Assembly: GCA_028023455.1 (NCBI GenBank)
Contig: JAQFVV010000003.1
Coordinates: forward strand, 12,152,001-12,216,000
DNA from: Epiperipatus broadwayi
Lineage: Eukaryota; Animalia; Onychophora
Direction: 5' to 3'
DNA length: 64,000 nt
In this document: piece after piece, positions 11,262 through 23,700 of the stretch
How the letters are laid out: each line of letters starts with the position of its first letter
Position numbering within the stretch: position 1 is the first letter of the stretch
The notes under the pieces: model-generated
What the model saw: only the letters and a program-made list of their open reading frames with translations
Databases searched by the model: none
What the model was told of the DNA's origin: nothing
Translations under genes and position numbers: made by a program

Positions 11262-12540
11262 ATATATATGGTTGGAGTATGGGTTATATAAAATGAAATG
11301 GATAGCTGAATGGTGCTTAAAAATCTTTGTCCAAATCCTCTCTAATTACATCTAAAGTTCAATATATATATATAATATATTTGTATTTAAATTATGTAAT
11401 AATATTTTTTTTTATTATCTTTAATAAGAGGGGGAGGCACAAATTACTGTTTTGCATAAGGGTGCTGAAGACTCTTCCTCTGGTCCTGATTGTGCTTATT
11501 TTGTGAAAAGATTAATCTTATTCCACCATAGAAACATCTTATTTGAAGGGTATTGAATGTATGCATGCATGCACACATCTTTAGAAAGAAATTTCTAAAG
11601 TGATCACAAGGAATTGACAAGCATAATCAAAAATACCTGATAAATCTGATTGCAGTCTCCCAACCACTTTCAAAATATTTGATCAGGAAAAGATATTTTA
11701 TCCCCCAGAAGATATATTTTTAAAATTTTACAATTTAATGATCTCATTCATTATTCAAAGATTTTGATTTTAAGTTGCCAACTTATTAAAACAATGCCAA
11801 ATCTTATATGAATTCATACAATTCAACTTTTTTAGTGGAATCTATTTTCTGAATGGTCATATGGTAAAAAGTTTATCATCAGGGCATACCATATTTAGTT
11901 TCTAATCCAGACACCTGAGAGTTTAAATTAGTGAAAAAGATGGTAATATATTTTGATGATATACACTATCTATTTTGTAAAAGATACTTTGGAATGATAA
12001 AACAATATTTAGTATAAAAAAATTATAGGATATAAAGATAGGAAATTGATTTTTGTAAGGTCCTATAGGCAGTTAATAAAATGATCTCTCACAATTATAC
12101 TTCATATTTTTACACTATTCTCTAATTATAAATAAATGCAGATAATGAAAGTTTATCACATTACTTCACTAAAAACAATCTCTGAATTTGATTAGCTGTG
12201 AGGATGAAGATATTAAAACAAAATCAGTTCAAAAATTTAAGGAAAATGTAAATAAAGTATATTTTCTCTTATGAAAATTCAGTTTTGTTACTTTGTATGT
12301 ATGTATATGTTTGTTCTCTGCGTGAATGTAATTTGAGTTAATTTTGTAATAAATACTATAACAAAGAAAACAATGTTTCTTTGTTACTATGGCAACCTCA
12401 GCATAATGTATTTTAGCATCCAATGCTAAGAAATCCATATCTAAAACTTGGATTGCTCTTTTTCTTTTTCTATCTGCATTATTCTAAATCTACCATATTG
12501 ATAATTATTCTAGACACATTTTATTATCATATAGAGCTTT

Positions 12541-12720
12541 GACTGGTTTAGCTCAGTAGTAGAGTGGTAAATCCAAGAACTATGATTTTGGGATAGATTC
12601 TTATCTGAGTAAAGGCAAGAAAGTTCAATTTAGTTGACTGAATGGAATTGCTATGTTCAGTCTGTCACTCTGGTGCTTGAAAGTCACATGATTTCTTGAG
12701 ATTTATCCGTATGCTTTCTT
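12541..12720 (+). mobile_element. tRNA-derived SINE-like fragment
   Basis: A-box-like TAGCTCAGTAGTAGAG followed by a degenerate B-box (GGATAGATTC); no full cloverleaf. Confidence 0.4.
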
Positions 12721-13129
12721 CTACAATTATGTGATTGACACTTTTTTTTTTTCAAAAACTACTAAATCTGTGATTTGTATTTGATTTATTTCTTCTCCAT
12801 TATCATCTTCTGTCTTGCACTGACGTACAAAATATTTTCTGCGTTGTTGTTATAAACTACAACACTTCTGTATATCCATAATTTCAGTTATTTATGATCC
12901 AAAAAAAATATGTAAAAAATTAGAAATTAATTAAAAAAATGAATTTAATGTTTTTCATTTTAATTTTATAGTCTACAATGTGTATTATATTATAGTGCAA
13001 TTTTCAATATCTGTGGGAAGTCTTGGATTTGAATGTCATAAATATGGAAGTATTGTTGTCTTTAAAAAAATATAGTCATCATTGGAAAGAGTTTTAAACT
13101 TATAAGATTTAGAAAGAATTTCTGGCTGT

Positions 13130-13670
13130 TCTTGTCTTTTAAAGTTTAATCTTGTGTTAAGATTTGTAGAGGTCCCTACTGTCACATCTAGGTGCATAGT
13201 CTTATGGTTATAGCCTTAATATATATTACTTATGTAATGAGTATGCACTTAACAAATTATTAATTACAACTTTAAAGAACTCCAAAGTAAATATGCATTA
13301 AAAATCAAGAATATTTTATGATAAAGAAATTTTTTGAAATGGAAAACATTGAATTTACTATTTAAATAATTTTAATCATCATAGGCTGGAGTGATATTAC
13401 ATATGAAAATGTAGCTTTAAAATAATGAATCATGTGTTTATATATATTAAATGAATACAAATCAGTGTTAGAAAGTTTCAACAATGCTATCTGTATTTAG
13501 AACCACAAAATCTGAATCACACTCTTGTCTTTTAAAGTCATTAATCTTGTGTTTAGATTTGCAGAGGTCCCTACTGTTGCATTTTAGGCATATAGTCTTA
13601 AGATTATAGCCTTAATGTATATTACTTACATAATGAGTAAGCACTTTACAAATTATTAATTACAACTAGT
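13130..13670 (+). repeat. Unclassified dispersed repeat, two direct copies 395 bp apart (core AGAGGTCCCTAC)
   Basis: Core at 13168 and 13563; homologous copies at about 38210-38360 (+) and 56170-56490 (-). Confidence 0.75.
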
Positions 13671-16600
13671 CTAAGTTGTGTGATTCAAAGTTTGTGTTTT
13701 TAATGCCGTTAAACTTTCTAGTATTGGTTTGTATTGATTTACTATATTTGAGTTTCATTTAGTGTTGTGCAGTCTTTAATTTAGTTATGTGTGTATTACA
13801 AAATTGATACCGATGTTTATTTGATTTAAAATATTATAGTAGTGATCTTATAAGAACAAAGATGCTGCCATTTAACAATTGATTAAAAGTTGATGCCAAT
13901 CTTCTAATAACTCCATATGACTACTAACATGGAAACATAGTTTGATTATGAGATGCTTGTTCAAAAATGAGCCAAGGTCACAATCTTTTAATTTAATTAA
14001 ACCAAAATTGACAATAATTTTTAAATAATAAAAAAAAAAGCAGCAATCTTGTATCCTTTTTATTTGATTCCGTTGAATCTATGAGTAATAGCAAACACTA
14101 TATATATATTAGCTGGGCATTAAAACTTTAATCAATTTATATATTTCAACATGTAAAGATATGTGAAAAAAATGCACCCTCCACCCCAATGCATTTTTGA
14201 TTGCATCACCAGTCGTCAGTTAATATATGTCATCATCTTTGATTATTATTTATCAATAGCAAATTACTACAGCGCGATTTACAAGAACCCTACTTTTTGA
14301 CTTGCTTATTCAACTCATTAGAACTGTAAATTGAATATATGTACACACATATGCAATATACTTTGTTTTTTAAAAAATGTATACATACAAAAACGTTAAA
14401 AAACAAACAAACAATGCATTGCAGTAATAAATTGGGAGAAAGATCAGCCACATGACTGATTGAAGATACATAAATTTGCTGAGTATCCAAGATGAGAATG
14501 AGTTTATTAGATTTACAATAGTGTTTACACAGGTGAATTCTCCATGAAATTTATGAATCCATATTTCAAACCATAAGTTGTTGTAACTATTAATGGTGAA
14601 GTTGTAGATATGAGAGATGGGAGGTTACTGAGCGTGTGGAATGCCTATATTCATTAACAAATGATGTAGTACCATTATAATAATTTGTTAAGCATTACTG
14701 ATAAATGTAATCAGTTATTTATGTGTATGCGTGGTTCTACATTTATAAATTGCTTTTAGGGTTTTTATGCAAATAATTATTTTCTTAAAAAAAATATTTG
14801 GAAGTCAATTCAGCTTTGCATCGAAATAGATCTTTTATTTATAAGTTTCAGTTAGTACTTCATAACCATTTTAGCTACGAGATGTCTATAATGTGATCAT
14901 ATAAACGCGCACCCCCTCCCCTTTTTTTTGATACTATTAAAATAAATATTGGGAGAGGTTGTCTGAATACTCATTATCAAGCTATCTTGGACAATATAGA
15001 ATACTAATTAGTTTGACTTCTTAGTATGTAATAATTTGTTTGCAATATTCATTATTAATTAAAGATCAAAATACGTTTCCTTAATTCTTGTGGTCACATG
15101 ACTTCTTTTTTTTTTTGACGTTTTTTAAATGTTTATATTACAGGGTAATAACTTATTAAGAAATCGAGTTTTTTTTTTTGTTCAACAAGATTTGATTATC
15201 ATTTATGTCGGTCTGCATTTTTAACTTCCCCCCAGTCTTAACTTATTTATGTACAATCTGTATCGGTCTCTCTCGATCATCTTTTTACTATTATCTGTCT
15301 GCCTATCTAGTCTGATAGTATCCAAATTTCTAACATTGTAATAAAATGCACAGAAATATTGTTAAAAGTTAGACTTAATAAGGGCTACTCTATTTATTTA
15401 TAATATTATTAATAAAAGCAGATTGATTAATTGTTTTCAATATGAATCTTAGTTTTTATTTCTTAATACAATAATATAATTTTTCTGTAGATACTACATG
15501 GATTAAAAAAACAAAAACGTCTTTCAAAAGCTATTATAGCCCAAAGAACTTTCCGTACCCCTTTATAGAGGACCAACAAAGAAGTCAATTCTCACCAAGA
15601 TTGTCAATTGACGAGTAGTGATGGTTTGAGTGTTTCCATTCTTGTTTTATTTTTTAACTAAGAATAGCTAGCTGTAATATGTGATCTTTGGAAGCAAGAA
15701 AAGAATTATTTCTCTGTTATAATCACGTCTTTGTTTTTTTTTTAAATATTTTTATACTTTTTCTGAAAAAAGTCATTTTTAAAAATATCATCCTCATATC
15801 AAGTATAGCATTTATTTTATTTTTGTTCAATATAATATAAAAATTAGAATGCACATCAGATTTATTTTAATAATTATGCATAAAACATTTGTCCATAATT
15901 CCCATTCAGTATAAGTACATCTTTGTTTTTTAAAAATATTTTATTTTTTCTGAAAAAAAGCCAAATTGTTAGATGATATGAAGCATACTTTTGCTTCCAG
16001 AATGATGTGCTTCAATAACGTTTTCTCGTAATGCACATGTTCTTTTCTACTATTTATATATGAGTGCCAGTGGAAGCAATTTTCGAATTAAATTAACACC
16101 TAATAGAGAATAAGGTCATTCTTTTCCAGCACTGCAGTAATTTAAAGTTATTTGTAATATCTCATGTCCAGAAAGAATTGTGTACTAATATTGTTTACCT
16201 AGCATTTAGAAATTAATGGAGATAGTTACTAAGAATTTATTCAAAAATACAATCCATATTTAGAAAAAAAAAAAACTACAATCCATATTATTTTTAAATA
16301 TATCTAAAAAAGAAAACGCCAATTTGAACTATGTATAGGAAACATCTAAATATATATATTTTATTATGTTTATTTTTAAAATTTGTATATTTAATGATAC
16401 ATAAAAATGTTTTAGCTATTTATTACTTTTTTACTTTTTGTTGTTACAATATGTTATAAGGGCTGAGTGTAAATATTTTTTTATTTAAAAATGAAAGGAA
16501 TATTTTCTTACTTAGTCTTATTGTGACAATTGCCAGAGCCTCAAATTTTGATGCTTGAACTTGAAATATATTACATATAATATCCTTTTATCACTGCACT

Positions 16601-19600
16601 AATCTGAATAGGCCAATGCTATTTTGTCATGATATTTAATAAAACTTATACATAAATATTTAGATTTCCAAATCAACCTTCTTGTTAGAAACAAATTGCA
16701 CAAGCTATGAATATGGGAAAATGTAAGTCCCAAAAGTGCCTAAGCTAGAAAGTATTGAAAAATAGCTTTATTGATGGGCATCTAGAGTGCAACATATAGA
16801 TTAAATATAAGAAGAGTACTTCTTTACTTAGATTTGTTGTATCAATTGCCTGAGTCTCAAAATATATTTTATATATACTTTACGATTGCGCAAAACCGAA
16901 AAGGCTGACACTCTTTTGTCATTATAATTAATAAAATTTATATGTAAATGAAAATGTTTAGATTTGTCAATCACTTTTATTTAAATATTCTAATTTATAT
17001 AAAAAGTAACATTATTGTTAATAATTTCTTTAAAAATAAAACTTGTTTTAAAAATATTGTCCTATACTATGGTAATTCTGCATTGTTTTTATCAGTGGTC
17101 TTACAGAGCTCACATGTAGATAGTGTTATAGTGGCAGACTTTAGAAATGGGATTCTATGATCGATTTCGCAGCTGTCTTGTACAAGATACTAAATAGCCT
17201 TTTTTATTTTTAATAATGATATCTTTTTTTATATGCCATATTATCGTTTTACACATTTTACAAAACAACCTTTTCTTGGTTCTGGACTCAGAATTGTTCT
17301 CTTAACTAAAAACTTGTAATTGATTTATAATGCACCCTATCATCCAAATTTAAGGAAAACAATGAATAAAAAAACTTCATTTAAAAAAAAAAGATATTAT
17401 TGCATGTCAAAATATTTAATTCGTAATAAATTTTATGATAATGATATTATTTAATGCACTTTTCTTGTAATAAAATCCCTACATGATTGCACAATATTAA
17501 AGTCTAAAAAATGTATTTTGTGGAACAAACCAAGTGTTTAATTTTTTTTTTTTAGTTATCTGACATAATTTAGGAATAAAGTGCAAGACATTTTAATGGC
17601 TTCTAAAAATTTATCAAATAAACAATCTAAATATGAAAATTTAAAATTTCTTCTCTTGAATAATTCATAGTGGAATCCTTAATTGTCAAATTATATAATA
17701 TGTATAGAATGACTTAGTTATTAATAAGCTTTAAAAAATAAAATAATAGAGTAGTGTAAATATTTTTCTAATTTTGTTAATAGAAAACAAACAATTTATG
17801 TGTGAGAGGTTCTGAATTAAAAATAACTAATATATTTTTAAAACAATTCTTTTTAATAAGTTGGTGCTAATGGAAAGAAAGATTTATATCAGCTGTGTTA
17901 CTTAAAATTGACTTAATTTGATGATCCTAATGCGATATAAAAGTTACATCAATAAACACTATGAAAATTTAAAATATCGGACTATATACTGAAGCAGTCG
18001 GATCTAAGTTCGATCCTAGCTTCATGACATCTCACCTGAAACCCATTTCAAAACCTATTACTAACTTTGAATTTCCGATGCAGTGGGGCTTTATACGTTC
18101 AATCCACGCTAATTTATTTAAAGAAAAACTATTACATAAATGTGTGTTAAAATTAATTCATTTGAGGTTTAAATTAATCAATTCTATTAATAAATTCACT
18201 ATAGAATTATTCATGAATTTATATATATTATAACTGCATGGATTGTGTGTATATATTTATAAATATTTAAACATATATTCGTTCTAAAGTTTCATTGCGT
18301 CGGGAATATTTTATTTTACTTTTAAATAATCTGTTCGAATTTTAGTGATTAAAAGCTACATTCTTTCGATAAGCTTTCAGATTTTCCCTTTCCAAAAACA
18401 ATGGGTAAAGTTTTATTAATTAGAAAAAAAGATAAGTATTTAAAATGTAAGGATTTCCTAATTAAAATCATTTTTCTGATTTAAAAATTCATTTTCTAAT
18501 TAGAAAATGAATTCAAGTTAATGAGTTTGAAAGCCTTATCGAAGGAATGTATCTAAAAACAACTAGTAAAATTTTGTAACATCGATAATGAAAGAAGTGC
18601 CAGCCTGAAGGCATCAGAGGACAGTATAAATAGCCCAGAAAAGTTTGGAGAAGGAGAGAAGCCATCTTTGTTTTAGAGAAGTGCCATTAATCTCTGTGCA
18701 TTTTAAAATTATGAATTTAAATAGTGTTTCTATTATGGTGAGGGGCTAAACATTAGGAGTCTGGCTACTGTGCCTGAAGTCCCCTGAAAATCTTCAATGA
18801 AGTTGGTAAACCTTTTCTGGACCTATCATGCTGACACAATCAATCAAAATGCCATTCAAGTAATTTACCAAATGCGTGCCTATGTTTTACCAACTCGGAC
18901 ATGTAAACTAAGGAACCAGCCCCGGAAGAAATGGTAATATATTTCCATAATGAACCGTAACTTTCTGGCCAGTTTCCAAACTTTACTTTACATTCCCTTT
19001 AAAAGCTCTTCTCATTTATTAATATAACAATCTGTACAAAACTTTCTTTTATCTATGCTATTTTAAATTATATATTAATTCTCTCAATCTCTAGTCCTTA
19101 GATTTAATTTTCCTTTCTTACGATGGTGGTTCATTTAGTGTATTATATATATTTATTGAGTGATTTATTAATGTCATTTATTTTTAATTATATGCCAATA
19201 ATCCTTTGACTCGATGAACTCCTTTGTTCCATCCGCCTTATGCAAATATAATATTAAGTCTGATAGTAATTCGCACCCATTAAAACTAGATTTATACAGT
19301 TCTATCGATCATCGAGTTGAAAGAAATTATTAAATGTTTGCTATTTTTATAATTGGCTAATAAATTATTAGCTCCGTTTCTAATCTATGCCCCAGCTATT
19401 TTCTCTTGTTCACCAATATTTATTTATTCGTATATAATGTTAAAATATTTTTGCAAAGGGGTTGATAAAGGAATCAAATGAATACATTCTAATCTAAATT
19501 GTTTTTATTATCTATTAATATTCAGGAAGGACATGATGTTTGGGGCATAATTAATATAATGTTCTAACTGCTTTAAAATAATTTTAGTTAAAAGCTCGTC

Positions 19601-20519
19601 TGACTTTAATTAATTTGATCAAGTCATCATAATTAATTTAATCAAATCATCACATAGAGCATTCTATAATAAATTGGGTTTTGTTATTATAACAATGACT
19701 ATCAAGTCATCATCATTGAACATTGCTGGCGCAGGGCAATCTTCCACTCCGTAGGCTTGTCATTGGTGAGATTACTATTATTTGAATTATAGAGGAAGAA
19801 AGCACTTCCTCCCCCGCTTATATTATATTTTGGACCACCAAAGGTTTGTAGCTATGACTCGGCCTGGTTTTCCCCGTGTTCCACGTCTCCTTAAAGGGCA
19901 GTAAGACTTGTAAAATACAAGCCGCCATATTACTTAAATCACCGACAAGCTATTATCTTTCCTGTTCATTTTATAGCTCATAATTCGTCAGCACCGTTAC
20001 CTCTCTGTTCCAGTAAAGCCCGCTCTTATGCTTGTAATTCGTGAAGTGATTTCAATTAAAGTCGAACAAATTCTTAGTCATCTCTACTTAAATAAGTTTT
20101 CTAGTAAAGATTAAAGTTATGCCCTAAATATGTATCTTGCTCTTCATGAATGGATTTGTGAATGTGAAAATAAATCTCACATTCTTTCATATAAAATTAG
20201 AATAATAATTTCCTTTACAACTGAATACCTTTATCTGCCTTTATTTTCTGGTTGGGGGCATAGACATATAGACTTCCATAATATTGTGTAATAGTGTTGG
20301 CATTTAATAGGGACTGCCATTCTGGACTAGAAGCAATATATATATAGTCATCATTGAAAAGTTGAACAAAACTATTACTATTATTATTAAACAATTTATA
20401 AACACACTTGGTTTCTTAAGTCTTTTATTCAATAATTATTTTAATGTTAATGCGCTGTCTGTGTTGGCAAGCCGAACATATATATATATATATGTTTTGA
20501 CTTAAAATTATCTTTAGTT

Positions 20520-20720
20520 AGTTTATTATTCGATATTAGTGTCAGTTCAGGGGTCTCTAATCATCACCGACTGTTGAGCTAGTTCCTTGGCGCATAGCAC
20601 TGTGCCGTCGATCGTCCATTGATCTGAGCTGGTGAGTTGGGTTTGAATTCAATTTGGTTTGACTGAGTTTGGATCCGACTTGCAGTTTAGGTGGTGGAGG
20701 TTTTTCGACCGATACAATAC
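20520..20720 (+). mobile_element. tRNA-like SINE fragment
   Basis: CpG-rich island with A-box-like TGGCGCATAGC (about 20588) and B-box-like GGTTTGAATTC (about 20640). Confidence 0.3.
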
Positions 20721-23700
20721 ATAATAAATTATAGATATTAATAGTGGAATGATGCTCACATAAAAATTAAGTAATAGTGTAAATATTTTATTTTTGAAAA
20801 AATATAACTTTCTTAATAGAAAATGTAAATAAATTTATGCATGAGAGATTTTGAATGGGTTTTCAAACAAACAAGCTATTTTTAACTAATTACTGATATG
20901 TTGGTTAAAGTGAAATGTTGGTAAAGAAGTGTAAGTTTTTACAATTTTGTACTTCAGAAAGAATAATGGAGACAAGCCGACTTTTTTTCCTCGCTATGCA
21001 GGATGGAGCTTGGAAAGCAAGCATTCCAGAGAATGATATTCTGGCTGTAGATAATATTTTTAAGTAATTAAACTAGAAGTAGAATTATTTATATAATATC
21101 AGAGCTGGCCTGAAAAAGAGAAGGAAAGAATGCAGTGTTTTCATGTGTGTGTGTGTGGTAGTGGTTCTTTTAAATATGATAAAAATTCGCAATTTTGCAA
21201 GATTGTCCAAAAAATAATATGAAAACATTTGGAAAAAAAATTAAAAATTTATTTTTTAAACATTAATTTGTTTTATTTTACCATGGGTTTTAATCTCCGG
21301 GTTTATTTTATAAAAATAAATGAATAAAACATGTAAAAGTATTTATCAATCATGTTAAATGACTAAAGTCATATTTAAAAATTTTTCTTGCGAAAATGCT
21401 AGGAAAAAGTGACTTAGTTTACAAATTTTATTTCACAGGATGGGAAGATGGGCACTTAAATTTACTTTCCATAAGGATGCATCTTAGCCATGCAGCAGCA
21501 TTTTATGTTATAATGATGGTATAGTTATTTTAATTTAAAATGTTTAGTTTATATTTGATTTTGTTATTTTTCTGCATTCAGCTTCATACAAATATATATA
21601 TATGTTTTATTAGCAAGTATTGATAAACAAAGAATAATTGATAAGGAGATATTTATAAAAGAATTAGTCAAAGATTTTTAAAATAAGAAAGGATTAACTA
21701 GAACACCATCATCACAAACCTTCAGGAAAACACATTATTTAGAACTTGATTGTTTTTGATTGTGTTATTGAGGAGTAGAAGATATAAAAGGTACCCTTTC
21801 TTTCTATTTACTTGAGTGTCACCTGGGTAAAATACTTTGATTTTTCCAAATTTATATATATATATATTATGCAATTATTAATTAGATTAAACACTTTTTT
21901 AATTAATTGTTATTACTATAATATATTAGGATACATTAGCTTATAAAAGACATGTATATCTGTCTCCTTTAGTCTATTAGGATTTATTCACTTGTTCAAC
22001 AACCTAATATGTTGATTAATATTCAAAATTAATAAAGAACTCTGAGATCATTACTTATTATATCATCGATTATTGTTAATTCATTTTATTAGTGCAAAAG
22101 TCCATAGTGTAACATGAAATACTTATTATGGTTCATTGTACTATAAGAAATGAACATTATCTTTCACTCAATAAGAATAGATTAGATCCGATCATGACAG
22201 TAAAATTGATTGGTGATAAATATATGTTTATTAAGATATCTGAAAAAGGTACAGTAAAAAATTTCATTATAAGATTTTATATTAAATACAAAATACCCAT
22301 GCTACTTAGAGAATGGATTTTGATAGAGGGTTTGATAGAGGGAAATTTCTTGCTTTGAGAAGTATTGTATAAGAATGAGTGAAGTTTTTATTCTCCTTAA
22401 TTTATTTATTTACCTTATAATAGAATGCTTTGTTATTGTTTTAAAATTCCCTTTTATTTTAATGCATGTCTCTGTAGTAAAGTTTAATGTAACCTATAAC
22501 CCATTGAAGTTAGCCATATCATCTTCATCATTATCATGATAGTTGTCAAGAGTCTGAAAGTTTTTGTATTTAGTTAGAACTTATTGCTTTTTGTAGTTTC
22601 TATTTACAGGTTAATATATATATGCACACACATTACTATGTTGTTATATATGTATACACACTGTTGTATGCCAAGAGACACATAACCATCTCAATATATA
22701 TAATACATGATCTTATATATAAAATAATATTCTAGTCATTAATTCTTAATTTTCTTCAATCTCTAAAGTAAATTATTTTCACAGCCTAATTATAGAAAAT
22801 ATAAATGTACTGATTCAATCCAAAATCAGAATCTTCATTTGGCATTAATATAAAAAAAATCATATTTGGAAATTTCATTATATTTTTTTAACTTCAAAAT
22901 CAATCTTTTATGAATGGCATAACAAAATTCAAAGAAAATATAGAGTTTCTAACCCCTGGAGGCTTTTAAACTTGACAATGATTTTTACATGGGTCACTTG
23001 ATTTTCTCACTGAAGTTTTTTAAATGCTGTTATTAAAGTTGGAAAATCAATTTTTTGTTGGTATGTTAGTTTGTAAACTTTTGCTCTTTTTAAAGTTAGA
23101 ATGAAATTTTAAATTCAATAAAATTGCTTGAAATTTGGTATATAACTAATTAATACCAGACTAATCTATTTAGGACACTAATCTTTTCAGTAGGTGACCT
23201 AGTTTCTTAGATATGGAACAGTGCAGGGAAATATTGAATATTTTGATATTTCAAATATAAAATTTTTTCTTAGGGATTGCATTTGTTTTAAGTAAGACTC
23301 ATGAGAGGGTGATATAGTGATTTTTTTCTTTCAGTTTAATATTTTAAAATCAAGATTTAAGTAATAAGAAAGTTTGTTTATATTATAGTTTTGTTAAGTT
23401 TTTTTTTTTAAATTTTAAACGGAAAAGTTACTTATTGATTTTTTATCCATATAAAATTGTGTATACATACTAAATATATATATAAAGAGTACTTTAAATT
23501 ACTTATAGAAATATCTAATGATATAAATACACTAAATGTATGAAATTGATTTAAAGTAAAATTATATGTATTCAGTGAAGTTCAATTACAATATAATATG
23601 AATATGAGAAATACATCTTCTTGAAAGTGCTCAGCCATTTAATTTAGTTTTCTATTTGTTGCTACAGCTTTATGTTGGAAGTGTGATAGCACGATTTAAT

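Larger units (their letters stand above)
2937..11389. mobile_element. Hammerhead-ribozyme-containing non-coding repeat (retrozyme-like / Penelope pLTR-like), tandem plus inverted units, interrupted by an LTR element at 3978-11261
   Basis: Two minus-strand units with 411-bp period (about 2941-3545), then a plus-strand unit (about 3555-3977) that resumes at 11262-11389. Flanked by the 13-bp direct repeat AATTATGTAATAA (2924-2936, 11390-11402). Confidence 0.8.
1085..11488 (+). mobile_element. Decayed hAT DNA transposon (ZMYM1/TTF-type transposase), about 1.9 kb of its own sequence, split by nested insertions
   Basis: Degenerate TIRs: CAGGGCTGAAAGGAG at 1085 and the reverse complement CAGGACCAGAGGAAG ending at 11488. 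8-bp flanks ATTGTGTT (1077-1084) and ATTGTGCT (11489-11496) match 7/8, as expected for a hAT TSD. Transposase C-terminus at 2548-2925. Confidence 0.75.

Noticed and set aside
12229-12490. Minus-strand frame NNADRKRKRAIQVLDMDFLALDAKIHYAE as a possible exon
   Set aside because: No recognisable homology and weak splice sites
20455-20500. GGCAAGCCGAAC(AT)nGTT resembling hammerhead stem II/III
   Set aside because: Core reads CUGUGU rather than CUGANGA, GAAA is incomplete, and it is mostly an AT microsatellite
20958-21063. Exon-like segment RIMETSRLFFLAMQDGAWK
   Set aside because: Resembles repeat sequence at about 15680-15720 and nearby 17750-17830/20770-20860 repeats; splice phase does not connect to other candidates
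23211-23291. Possible egl exon YGTVQGNIEYFDI, similar in spacing to GT..G..YLFD
   Set aside because: Downstream residues do not match and the phase-2 donor is incompatible with the phase-0 exon at 36726
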